From Candidatus Heimdallarchaeota archaeon (GTDB taxonomy: Archaea > Asgardarchaeota > Heimdallarchaeia > Hodarchaeales > Hodarchaeaceae): a stretch of DNA of 64,000 nt. Position 1 is the stretch's first letter. Every line of letters begins with the position of its first letter. A model generated the notes under the pieces. The model ran no database searches and was not told where the DNA came from. It saw only the letters and a list, made by a program, of their open reading frames with translations. The position numbers and the translations under genes are program-made. The DNA lies in the NCBI GenBank assembly GCA_020353515.1, contig CP070695.1:3456050-3520049 (forward strand), read 5' to 3'. Positions 1-9,572 of the stretch are shown here, one piece after another.

Positions 1-361
1 CAGGAATGATTATATGATCCCCACGGTTTAAAATTGTATAAAATGCGGCAAGAACTCCTTGTTTTCCGCCAGAGGTAATTTTAACTTCATCATTCGGATC
101 TATCGTTACGTTAAAATCCTCTTGATACAGTTGACTTATACTTTGGCGTAATTCGGGGATTCCAGAACTTACTGTGTAACTTGTTTTGCCTTCATCAATT
201 GCTTTCTTTGTTGTTTCAATTATTGATGGAAGAGGTTGAAAATCTGGTTGTCCGATCGAAAGATGAATTATTTGGTGACCCTCACTCTCCCTTTTTCTTG
301 CCATGGAGAGAAAATTCATGGTTGGTGAGCCTTTCAAAATTCTGACTTGATCTGATATCAT
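1..361 (-). CDS. PLP-dependent class I/II (aspartate-type) aminotransferase, N-terminal part; gene runs off the left edge of the window
   Basis: Manual translation from ATG at 361: MISDQVRILKGSPTMNFLSMARKRESEGHQIIHLSIGQPDF...SYTVSSGIPELRQSI...ITSGGKQG, typical AspAT N-terminal motifs. Confidence 0.85.
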   Translation of the reverse strand, partial: MISDQVRILKGSPTMNFLSMARKRESEGHQIIHLSIGQPDFQPLPSIIETTKKAIDEGKTSYTVSSGIPELRQSISQLYQEDFNVTIDPNDEVKITSGGKQGVLAAFYTILNRGDHIIIP

Positions 362-558
362 GACAATTACACCTTATTGGTCTTTCTTAATGAATATAGA
401 TTTTCGTTATTTGTTAATCCAAAAATAAATATAGTGCAGAAAGCTCTCTAAAAAAAGACTATAAAATTTATGTTATCACCTTGTATTGTAACTATATTTT
501 ATGGAAGTTACTATATACCCTTTAAAGAAATGAAATTTCCAAAATATGGATGATTCCT

Positions 559-1605
559 ATGCGAGTAGACCCAAACTGGGCGCTCTTTGTTGAGGGCAAG
601 AGTGTTAAATGGTCATTTGGAAGTCCTGATGCCGAGTTTCTTACTTTTGTTACTAATTTTCTTACAGCTCTTGCTCAAATCGGTGAAGAATTATTTGGTC
701 AGCATGGTATTGCTCAGATTAACTTTGATGTAAAAAGACGTGCAGGATTTCGTTCATCTGAAGTATTTGTTGTTTCACTAGAGAATAAATTCTTCTTGAT
801 TATGAGCGATCCTAGTACAACTATGAAGTTAATTGATGCGCATGGTGGGATCGCTCATGAAGTCCAAGAGATTATGAGTGCTGTGTTAGTCGGCCAAGCT
901 GCTATGTTATATGCTCAATGTATCACTGAAGTCGAAGATGATGAAACACGAGAGTACCTCGAATCGATTTGGCAAAACATAATTCTAGATCTCTCTGAAG
1001 AGTATGGCGAAGAAGTAGACAAGATCGTCGGCAGGAGTGCGAGTAATTTTTCTATGCTTACTTTTGCTGATCTATTATTTCTGCATTACTACCTTCGAAA
1101 ACAACCTGAACTAACTCGTCCTCTCTCTCCTAAAGGTTGGGCACTTGTTTCTCATATGTCAGGTGGAGAAATTCCCCTTGATTTTCACGTTGAAAAAGAC
1201 CCTGTCGTTTTAGCTGGTTATTTAGCGATCATTATATCTTTCTTAATGTCATTATTCGATTCAAAACCAAAAAGCTTAGTTTTCGGGACTAATTTTATTC
1301 AAAGTTTGTCTTTTGTTCATGGTGAGGATTACTTTCTTTCAATAGATGCGCCTTTCATTGAATTAGCAATGGATTCGGATTTCTATGACGGTTTTTTTAA
1401 CATGAAAGATATTATACTTCAAGATTTAGGAGTGTCCCTTAAAAGGAGGATTACTGAAGAAATATTGACTTCACAAACTGAAGAATTGGAATCCATGGAT
1501 ATTAAAGCCTTGTTGAATGAATATGTTTTATCAAAATCCATACTAATTCCAAAAAAGGGGATACAAAAGCGTAATTTTCTTGCGAGAATTCTTGGACGAC
1601 TCTAG
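559..1605 (+). CDS. Double longin-like domain protein (paralogue A)
   Basis: Two longin-like segments (FLTALAQIGEELFG..IAQINF..VFVVSLENKFFLI and GGEIPL..DPVVLAGYLAIIISF..LF..PKSLVFG). Start placed at MRVD (559) to match the paralogue. Confidence 0.6.
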   Translation: MRVDPNWALFVEGKSVKWSFGSPDAEFLTFVTNFLTALAQIGEELFGQHGIAQINFDVKRRAGFRSSEVFVVSLENKFFLIMSDPSTTMKLIDAHGGIAHEVQEIMSAVLVGQAAMLYAQCITEVEDDETREYLESIWQNIILDLSEEYGEEVDKIVGRSASNFSMLTFADLLFLHYYLRKQPELTRPLSPKGWALVSHMSGGEIPLDFHVEKDPVVLAGYLAIIISFLMSLFDSKPKSLVFGTNFIQSLSFVHGEDYFLSIDAPFIELAMDSDFYDGFFNMKDIILQDLGVSLKRRITEEILTSQTEELESMDIKALLNEYVLSKSILIPKKGIQKRNFLARILGRL

Positions 1606-1662
1606 TCTTCCAGCAATACTCATTGGAATTTGTATACTCATTAAACCAAGGATTGAGTAATA

Positions 1663-2694
1663 ATGAGAGTAGATGAAAATTGGGCTATGTTTGTAAATCT
1701 GGATTCGGAAGTCGAATGGGCATGGGGTAATCCTGATGACGAATTTCTGCAGTTTACAGTAAATTTCCTACAAGGTTTAAGCAATCTTGGCTCAGAAATC
1801 TTTGGGGAAAATTCTGTAGCGTCCATTGAATTTGAGTATACAGGATTCAAGACTTCAGAAGTATTTATTGTTTCTCTACAGAACAAATTTTTCTTTATAT
1901 GTTCTGATCCTGCAATCACATTGAAGCTAATCTCTGCAACTGAAGGCTTACCTAAAGCAATGGAAGAACATATAGCCGCCGTATTAGTCGGACAGGCTGC
2001 CATCATTTTTGCTGATAGTATTTCAAATACTAAAAATGAGCAGGAGATGGAGATTATTGAAAGAAGCTTTCAAGCTATTATCTTAACTATCAATCCTTCT
2101 CTTAGCGAGAAAATTTCAACAATTTGTAGCAAAGCGAGTTCCAATTTTTCGATGCTTTCCTTTGATGAGTTATTATCCTTTCATTATTATATTCGAAAAC
2201 ATGAAACTCTCACAGATCAACCCACAGGTTTAGCTTTGATTTCACACCTATCAGGTGGAGAATTACCGTTCTCCTGGAACGTGGAAAGGGATGTTGTCCT
2301 TGCTGGTTATCTTGCAGTAATCTTTGGCTTCATTAAGACCTTATTCGGAGGTTCCGCACGACGTCTAATATTTGGTGCTCTTGAATTGAGGAAATTAGAT
2401 TTTATTTATGGAGAGGAGTACTTCATGGCTATCGATTCTTCATTTGCTTTTCTTTGCACAGATCCCCGGTTTTTGTCGTCATTCTTATCAATTTCTTTCG
2501 AGGTTCTGAGAGATTTAGGAGCTAATCTAAAGCGATATATTATCCGTGAAACATTAGAACACGCGACAACCATGTTAGAAGAATTAAGTCTTAGATCAAT
2601 CCTTGAGGCTTATCAAAGTCTCTCTACGGATCCTTATTTATCGTTTAGTGATCAAATACGTAAAATTCTTCAAGAAATTAGTTCTGATAATTAA
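1663..2694 (+). CDS. Double longin-like domain protein (paralogue B)
   Basis: Colinear similarity to 559..1605 (MRVD-NWA-FV, SEVF-VSL-NKFF, AVLVGQAA, SNFSML-F, SGGE-P, VVLAGYLA). Confidence 0.6.
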   Translation: MRVDENWAMFVNLDSEVEWAWGNPDDEFLQFTVNFLQGLSNLGSEIFGENSVASIEFEYTGFKTSEVFIVSLQNKFFFICSDPAITLKLISATEGLPKAMEEHIAAVLVGQAAIIFADSISNTKNEQEMEIIERSFQAIILTINPSLSEKISTICSKASSNFSMLSFDELLSFHYYIRKHETLTDQPTGLALISHLSGGELPFSWNVERDVVLAGYLAVIFGFIKTLFGGSARRLIFGALELRKLDFIYGEEYFMAIDSSFAFLCTDPRFLSSFLSISFEVLRDLGANLKRYIIRETLEHATTMLEELSLRSILEAYQSLSTDPYLSFSDQIRKILQEISSDN

Positions 2695-2925
2695 TAAGCA
2701 TTTGGAACTCTATTAAATAATTGTTGAAAATTTCGTTTTAAACTATTCTTTACCGTTAGTTTTCAATAATTTCTTTCTAGTGTATCAATAGAAAGAAAAA
2801 GTGCTGGTTGGATAAATAACTAAGTGATTTATCATTTGGAACGATCCAATGAAAAAATTGCCTAGATCTATTTATTTTTATACTCAATTTGTGTAAGTAT
2901 TGATTGAATTGATATTAACTACTGG

Positions 2926-3972
2926 ATGATTCATATGCTTTCAAAATTTTTTGATAAAAGAATACAAACTATTCAAATACCAAAACCTATCGAAGCTTTA
3001 GGGATATATGTTATCTGTGCCACAGTTTGTTATATAATACTCATCACTATATTAGGTGGCTTTTACATCCCTGTTTTTTTAGATGATTTCAATCGTTCTA
3101 TTATTTTCCTTACAGCTATTTTAGCAGTAATTTATTACAAGGAGGACCTCAAAGATGTTCTTCTGATATGCTTTGTTGGCCCTTTAGTCACTAATATATT
3201 AGCTATTATCCCTGCTGTTTTGATTTGGTTAGAGACCCCTCCTGAACAAATAGGAATTGATATAATGAAATTCTTCACCTTTTCTAGTGTTTATATTATG
3301 TATGCAGGATTTCTTGGAATTGTAATTTATGCTATCGCTGTTTGGTTATCAGGATTTTTATCAGTTCATTCTCTTGCTCATCCTTCTACGTTAAAGAGGA
3401 ATGTATTTTCTGTTCTTGACAAACGAGCGCAAATTGATGATCCCCCCCTTACAAGAGAAATTTCAAACAAAGTAGATAAACCACATACAAAATATCAGGT
3501 AATTGGATTTTTTATTTCAATTCTGATTTTATTGAGTCTTACCACATTATTACTCCTCCTCCCAGTCTATAGCTACTCCTTTGATCTCCACTTGACCATC
3601 TGGGATCTTGGTTTAATTCCTGTATTTCTTGTTAGCCTGGTGATAATCGGCCTTTTATCTATTATACTAGTTACTCTAGCTTGGAATTTTTATCCCCAGC
3701 TAATTGAAAAATATCCTTCATCACTAATTGGTATCCAGTCTAAACTTGCAGCAATTAGCATATTTTTCACGTCAATATTTTTTCCAAATCCATCAAGTAT
3801 TAGAGTAGGTACATTCGTAGTTAAAAACAGTATTGGAATAGAAATTCTATTTTATGTTATTATCTTAATTATCATCTTTACTCCATCTATATGTGAATAT
3901 CTACAACCATTAAAATCTTTGGGTTACCAATCAGAAAAAAGATCTTCAAGTACTCTCACTAATAGTCTTTAG
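2926..3972 (+). CDS. Polytopic membrane protein of unknown function
   Basis: 348 aa with about 8 hydrophobic segments in two blocks separated by a polar loop. Confidence 0.6.
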   Translation: MIHMLSKFFDKRIQTIQIPKPIEALGIYVICATVCYIILITILGGFYIPVFLDDFNRSIIFLTAILAVIYYKEDLKDVLLICFVGPLVTNILAIIPAVLIWLETPPEQIGIDIMKFFTFSSVYIMYAGFLGIVIYAIAVWLSGFLSVHSLAHPSTLKRNVFSVLDKRAQIDDPPLTREISNKVDKPHTKYQVIGFFISILILLSLTTLLLLLPVYSYSFDLHLTIWDLGLIPVFLVSLVIIGLLSIILVTLAWNFYPQLIEKYPSSLIGIQSKLAAISIFFTSIFFPNPSSIRVGTFVVKNSIGIEILFYVIILIIIFTPSICEYLQPLKSLGYQSEKRSSSTLTNSL

Positions 3973-4006
3973 TAATTTCTTAGAATTTATTCTTACCAAT
4001 ATCTCG

Positions 4007-4741
4007 CTACATCTGATACAGGTCAATGCAACTCCAAAAAAAGTTCATCGATTCACGGAATACCATATGCCGTGCTACATCAACGGACATTAATGGGCTC
4101 CCCTTCTCAACAATCATGAGTTTTCTCTTTTTAGAAGATACATTCTTAAAGAGATAATGAGCATTTTCAATGTTAAAATCTTTTCTTGCACTTGAATGAA
4201 AAATATAAATTGGTTGATTTACTTTCTTAAGAAGTTTTCTTGTCTCCTGAATTAACCTAAATGTTTCATTCAGAGCTGTTTGGGGAACTTCTTTGTATAA
4301 TTTAATTTTTTCTCTGATTGATTGATTATAAAAAGGTAACAATTTAGATGATGGGCTTCCCCAGCTGACCATGCGAGATTTAGATCTTAGGAAGGTATTG
4401 ATAAGCGTATGCCACTTTGGTAAATTAATAATACCTGAAAGTGTAACAATACCCAAAAGCTCAGGATGGGATGCTGCTAGAAATAGCGCAAGTGGAGCTC
4501 CTGTGATTTGTCCTACAAGAAAATTCACCTGGCAATTTAGATCCATTAATGCTTGTTCACTAGCTCTGAGCCAGTCTTTAAATGTGTACTTTTGAAGGTC
4601 TTTTGGAAAAGTTCCGTGTCCTGGGAGAAGAGGAGAATTAGTTCGAAACCCCTGTTCTTGTAAGTACTCTTCAAACTCTTTAAATTCCAAATTAGTTGAT
4701 CCAAAGGAATGTAGAAAAAGTACTCCGAACATTGGGAACAC
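4007..4741 (-). CDS. Alpha/beta hydrolase of the carboxylesterase/monoacylglycerol lipase type, catalytic residues degenerate
   Basis: GVLFLHSFGS, PLLPGHGT.P.DL, DW motifs; the nucleophile elbow reads GQITG instead of GxSxG. Confidence 0.75.
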   Translation of the reverse strand: MFPMFGVLFLHSFGSTNLEFKEFEEYLQEQGFRTNSPLLPGHGTFPKDLQKYTFKDWLRASEQALMDLNCQVNFLVGQITGAPLALFLAASHPELLGIVTLSGIINLPKWHTLINTFLRSKSRMVSWGSPSSKLLPFYNQSIREKIKLYKEVPQTALNETFRLIQETRKLLKKVNQPIYIFHSSARKDFNIENAHYLFKNVSSKKRKLMIVEKGSPLMSVDVARHMVFRESMNFFWSCIDLYQM

Positions 4742-4947
4742 ACGATCGAGATTAATCTGAAAATTTTGTTGATGACACTACTTATTTTTAAATGAATGGT
4801 TCCATAGTCTTAAATTTTTAGAAATTAAAAGGAAATTGCAGGGATAATCTTGGTAATTTTCTAAGTGTACACCAAAAGCTTTATGAATATCTTTTTTGTA
4901 TTTAACAGAATGTAAAATTAGGAAAAAATACAAGGAGGACATATAAT

Positions 4948-5196
4948 ATGTCAGAGAAAATTGGAAATATCGAGAATTTCTATTCCAAAATAAGTGTTGC
5001 CGTAGTGGATATTACTTCTGGATCTATGACAAAGGGAGATCAAGTTAAGATCAAAGGATCTACCACCGATTTTGAGATGACTATTGAATCAATGCAAATC
5101 GATCGTGCAGATATAGACTCCGCTTCCGCAGGTCAGAAAGTTGGTCTCAAAGTTCCTGAACGAGTGAGACCAGGAGACGAAGTCTTTAAGATTTAG
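4948..5196 (+). CDS. Small translation-factor beta-barrel (EF-Tu domain 2-like) protein
   Basis: IG.IENFYSKISVAVV...GD.VKIKGSTTDF...IESMQID...A.AGQ.VGLKV..RVRPGD.VF; preceded by GGAGG RBS. Confidence 0.8.
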   Translation: MSEKIGNIENFYSKISVAVVDITSGSMTKGDQVKIKGSTTDFEMTIESMQIDRADIDSASAGQKVGLKVPERVRPGDEVFKI

Positions 5197-5224
5197 AGTT
5201 TAAATTTCCGTTTATTACTTCGAA

Positions 5225-6706
5225 TCAAGCAAAATCTATGATTTTCTCACAAAAACCTGTAATCTCCCTTTTTAATTTATTGGATATTCCGTACAAGTTG
5301 AATATTATCTCATCAATTCTTTCAGCTTCAGGTACAAAATTGTAATTCGGATTGTTCTTAAGGGAATTTATTATATCCTTCACGATAGCAATTACTTCAC
5401 TCTTCTGTTCAATAGAAGGTGTTCGAAAGGGCATTTCTTTGAGAAAGCTTGTGGCAATGATATTTGAACGATGGATTACTTTTCTAGCTAAATATTGAAC
5501 TAATTTACTATTCAAATAGCCAAGTGAATAATATAAATCATCTTCATTGTCGAAAAAAAAGTTGGCATTTACTCCAAATAAATTTCCTGGCGGTAGATAA
5601 GCAGCAGAAAATTTTCTCCCAACACTACTACAGGTGATCCCTTCTTTGAAATAGAATTGTTCGTTCCTAACTAGAAAATTCTTGGGATCAGCTTCAGCAT
5701 TTTTTTGATAGTTTTTTTCAATGAAATAAGGCGTCTTGTAGTAGTAAGGGGTACGTTGGCCAGATTTATAAAATCCAACCCAAGACTCGGGGTCAGATTC
5801 CACTTCCAGAGCAGGACGTAAATATTTATCATCATTACCTGTTGAAATACCAGTACCTCCTTTTGCAATATCTCCGAATCTTGCTGGTGGATTCTGGATC
5901 AGACGAATAATCGAAAGAGGAACTCCTACGAAAAACTTATGATCTGGCATCTTACGATATTCGATTTGTGGAACATTTTGAACTTTAGGTGGGTTTTTAT
6001 ATTCCTTTTCACTAGCTAAACGGTCAATAAGACGCATAATGTGTTTTTTATCTCCATGGTATTCCTGATAATTCTCCTGATCTTTTTTTTTCAATGTCAG
6101 AATAGCTGTTCGTACATCAGCCTGACTTCTGTGAAATAATCGCCATGGAGCTAGTTTTATTTCTAAAATGTAAGTATTATTCAAAATAAATTCTCTAAAA
6201 CGACGATAGTATCGATTTGTAAAGAAAGCGTCTTCAACAATGAAACAAAGAATTCCTTTGCTTTTCATGTGTTGAATAGCATTTACAATAAAAAGAGAAT
6301 AGAGATTATATAATCCTATGAAGTAATATCTTTTCTCTAGTTCTTTACGGTTGATTTTCATATAGATGCTTTTTCGACGGCTTTTATATGGTGGATTTCC
6401 AATAATAATGTCCTTTAATGGATAATCTTCAAGAAGTGTATCAGTACATCTAGCATGAATACCCAACTCGAGTAAACTCTGAATTTTCTCGCTATTAATA
6501 TCGTGACCAGTGATTTGAGATGTGTTCACTCCTCGATCAATGAGTGCTTTAATAAATATACCATCTCCAGCACTAGGGTCTAGAATTTCTGATTTATTCG
6601 TAATAAAAGGGAGTACTAAATCTACCATATGAAGTGCTGTTTTATATGGAGTCCTATAGACACCTTTTTGTCTTTTTATAGTTAAAATCTTACTCTCTTT
6701 AGTTAT
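5225..6706 (-). CDS. Eco57I/TaqI-like DNA amino-methyltransferase (probable N6-adenine)
   Basis: ILDPSAGDG, IIGNPPY, TaqI_C-like TRD (LGYLNSKL). The frame stays open upstream of ATG 6628 and encodes KRQKGVYRTP; start tentatively placed at ATA 6706. Confidence 0.8.
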   Translation of the reverse strand: MTKESKILTIKRQKGVYRTPYKTALHMVDLVLPFITNKSEILDPSAGDGIFIKALIDRGVNTSQITGHDINSEKIQSLLELGIHARCTDTLLEDYPLKDIIIGNPPYKSRRKSIYMKINRKELEKRYYFIGLYNLYSLFIVNAIQHMKSKGILCFIVEDAFFTNRYYRRFREFILNNTYILEIKLAPWRLFHRSQADVRTAILTLKKKDQENYQEYHGDKKHIMRLIDRLASEKEYKNPPKVQNVPQIEYRKMPDHKFFVGVPLSIIRLIQNPPARFGDIAKGGTGISTGNDDKYLRPALEVESDPESWVGFYKSGQRTPYYYKTPYFIEKNYQKNAEADPKNFLVRNEQFYFKEGITCSSVGRKFSAAYLPPGNLFGVNANFFFDNEDDLYYSLGYLNSKLVQYLARKVIHRSNIIATSFLKEMPFRTPSIEQKSEVIAIVKDIINSLKNNPNYNFVPEAERIDEIIFNLYGISNKLKREITGFCEKIIDFA

Positions 6707-6731
6707 ATTTTGGACTTCCTACTTTTTGGAT

Positions 6732-9245
6732 CTAAGGATTGATAATTTCACTCTTTAAAGTTCCTATCTCGGTTTCAATACCATATAATTGATAGACTAA
6801 CATGTCCAGTCTTTTTGATAATTGTAATAATTCATTAGATTCTTTATTAATCTTAGATAAGCCCTTTTTCCCGTATTTAATTAAGAATTGATGGTTTTTC
6901 CTGGTAAGCTTCATTGAATCTAGTATTCTACAAATGCTTTTTGTTGTCGTTGTGATTTCCTTATAGAGTAATTCTTCATCAATAGTTTCTGGTAGTTTTA
7001 ACGGAATCTTTGAGATAGTCTTAGGATAAAGTTCTATTTTTTGAGCATCCATTTTTTTAGCAACAGCATACAGGTAGTATTTAATTAGTTCTGAATTTAA
7101 AACACCTAAAACGAAGTAAATATTTGGAGACTTTGATTCTTTGGGCGTAAGTGAGGTACAATCTATCGAACTATATCGTTGGTTTTTATCAATTGCAAAT
7201 CTTGGAACACGAGATCGGAAGGGGCACATAATCTTAAATTTTGCATTGAAAATTCGAGGATTGCGAACCTGAGCAATTTCATACCATTTTGCCAGATTCT
7301 TTTCAACTTCATATCGTTTCTTAAGAATGTCTTTATAGTTAACTAAATATTGTTTTGTAAGGGGGAAATCATTAATATTGATACCCCGTTTTGTCAGTAT
7401 CACATACTTATCATTCCAAGTGATTTTAAAAGGCAAAATATCTGACGTCTTTACTATCTTCTTAATTACTTCTTTTTCGAGAGGATAAAGTGTGATAGAG
7501 TTTTGTTCCTTAATTTCAGCGAAAAACTCTCCTTGTTTTGCTATAATATGTGGAGAGAATATCTTGTCCTTTCCTGAATGATACCCAGTTCCTATATCGT
7601 ATATCTGGTTTAAAGGAACACCCTGATTTTCAATACGGTTTAGTAAGTGTTTAAGAGTACTTGAAACCAAGATAAATTGGTCATCCTTTACTTCAGCTTG
7701 AATAAGTGAAAAATTCTGTAAGGTTTGGCTTTTCATATGAGTAAAAGCATTAAAACTTGTTTTAAGTTCTCCTAAAAGTGTTCGTAAAGATATTTTAAAA
7801 TTTTTTAAAATATAAATTGGGATAGTTTTGATAAGTTGAGAATATTTAGTCATATATAGAATTACTGAGTTTATTCCCTTAGGGTAAATTTTAAATTCAC
7901 GAAAATCTATAATAATGTCAATGCAATTAGATTTCAAGAGTTGGGATCTTAATTTACGAGCATACCTTGCTTCTAAGAAATATCTGGCTACTGTTATAGC
8001 ACTACTTCCTTTTGGAGCTAATAGTTGATATGTCCTCCAGATAAAGTAATAATAGTAATCATTTAACCCAGTATAGATTTTAGGATAGAGATGTCTTAAA
8101 ATATGTTTTTCTTCTTCACTTATGTAACGATAACCAATATAAGGAGGATTTCCGATGATTATATCAAATCCAATGGTTTCTGATGCCCTAAATACTTTCG
8201 GAAATTCGATAAACCAATTAAAAACCTTCAGTTTTTCAATTAAAGCCTCGTTATTGGATGGACTTTTCATTCCGTTAAATAAAAATCGGTTAAAATCCTT
8301 ATCATAAAAAACTTCATTTACATTTGGGTCTACTATTAATCCTATCAGAGTATTTCCAGATTTTAGGTTAATATTGGTAAGAATCTCAAGTAAATCATTG
8401 ATATGGATAGAGGGACATTCTCTAAGCATTCGTAAAATTAAACGGATTTTACACACAATAAGAACATTTTCATCAATATCTATACCATAAAGGTTATTTT
8501 TCAATATTTTTTTCAGATAAAAGAACTTATTTTCTTCTTCTGGAAATAGACGATTGTTTAATTCCAATAGGTAATCTAGTGCTGCTAAGTAAAAAGCCCC
8601 ACCACCAACGGAAATATCCAAGATTAAAATTTGTGTCACATGTTTTTTTAACTGTTCAATCTTGCTGTAATCTATAAATTCAAGATTATCTAACGAAAAA
8701 GGTGTAATTTTTAAAATACGGGCAAAATGACGTTGAAAAGATGATTGAACCATCCAATAGACAAGAGAATAAGGTGTATAAACAATACCAAGGTTATTTG
8801 AGGTTTCTGATAAGAAAATTAATTCGAAAATTTCAGGTGTAACCGTTTTGTTTTCTATTTGGGATTTCGGATGAATTTCCCATGAAAAAGCTTCAACAAG
8901 ATTTGATAATGTATCATTAACGATGTCTCTATTTTTTTTGTTTAATAACTCAATTTTCTTGGATTCTAAAGGAAAAAAAATGTCAGCAATTTCATTAAAA
9001 GGAGATAGCTCACATATGTCAGATAGAATATCTGATTTGGTATAGAATTGTTTGAATGAATCTGAGGAGGACTCTTGATTTAAAGTTCTAATATAAAAAG
9101 CCATAAATATTGTTCTCTTCAACATATTTCTGCAGAAATGAGTTAGTAGCTCCTTTTCTTCATATTCAGCTGAAAAATAGCTCTGCAGATCTAGTAATGT
9201 TGTGTTGAAAAGGTTCATGAAAGAATTCAACTGCAATATCCTCAT
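6732..9245 (-). CDS. Eco57I/TaqI-like DNA amino-methyltransferase with N-terminal helical extension
   Basis: GIVYTP, ILDISVGGGAF, NLYGIDID, FNWFIEFP.VF, GFDIIIGNPPY, VLGVLNS. Confidence 0.85.
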   Translation of the reverse strand: MRILQLNSFMNLFNTTLLDLQSYFSAEYEEKELLTHFCRNMLKRTIFMAFYIRTLNQESSSDSFKQFYTKSDILSDICELSPFNEIADIFFPLESKKIELLNKKNRDIVNDTLSNLVEAFSWEIHPKSQIENKTVTPEIFELIFLSETSNNLGIVYTPYSLVYWMVQSSFQRHFARILKITPFSLDNLEFIDYSKIEQLKKHVTQILILDISVGGGAFYLAALDYLLELNNRLFPEEENKFFYLKKILKNNLYGIDIDENVLIVCKIRLILRMLRECPSIHINDLLEILTNINLKSGNTLIGLIVDPNVNEVFYDKDFNRFLFNGMKSPSNNEALIEKLKVFNWFIEFPKVFRASETIGFDIIIGNPPYIGYRYISEEEKHILRHLYPKIYTGLNDYYYYFIWRTYQLLAPKGSSAITVARYFLEARYARKLRSQLLKSNCIDIIIDFREFKIYPKGINSVILYMTKYSQLIKTIPIYILKNFKISLRTLLGELKTSFNAFTHMKSQTLQNFSLIQAEVKDDQFILVSSTLKHLLNRIENQGVPLNQIYDIGTGYHSGKDKIFSPHIIAKQGEFFAEIKEQNSITLYPLEKEVIKKIVKTSDILPFKITWNDKYVILTKRGININDFPLTKQYLVNYKDILKKRYEVEKNLAKWYEIAQVRNPRIFNAKFKIMCPFRSRVPRFAIDKNQRYSSIDCTSLTPKESKSPNIYFVLGVLNSELIKYYLYAVAKKMDAQKIELYPKTISKIPLKLPETIDEELLYKEITTTTKSICRILDSMKLTRKNHQFLIKYGKKGLSKINKESNELLQLSKRLDMLVYQLYGIETEIGTLKSEIINP

Positions 9246-9572
9246 CGTATTGATACTAACTTATCAGTAGACTGGGATTTTTGGAGAGAAGAGTACACTA
9301 TATTTTCATTTTTCAAATCGAATTTTTAATATCTTTATTAGTGATATGGATAGATTTTTAATCGGAATCTTCTTTGTCGAATCTAAGAAGTTAAAAGATA
9401 AAAGTCAATTTAAAGCTTTGATTATAGGACTGAAAGAAAGAGCGGTTTGTAATATATTTTTTAACCAAAATTTATTACAAAAAACTATGAATTTAACTTA
9501 GCATCATTTATGATCAATACTAATGCAAAGATGAAGACTGAATTCATAAAATGACTATTTGAATGATGGTTA

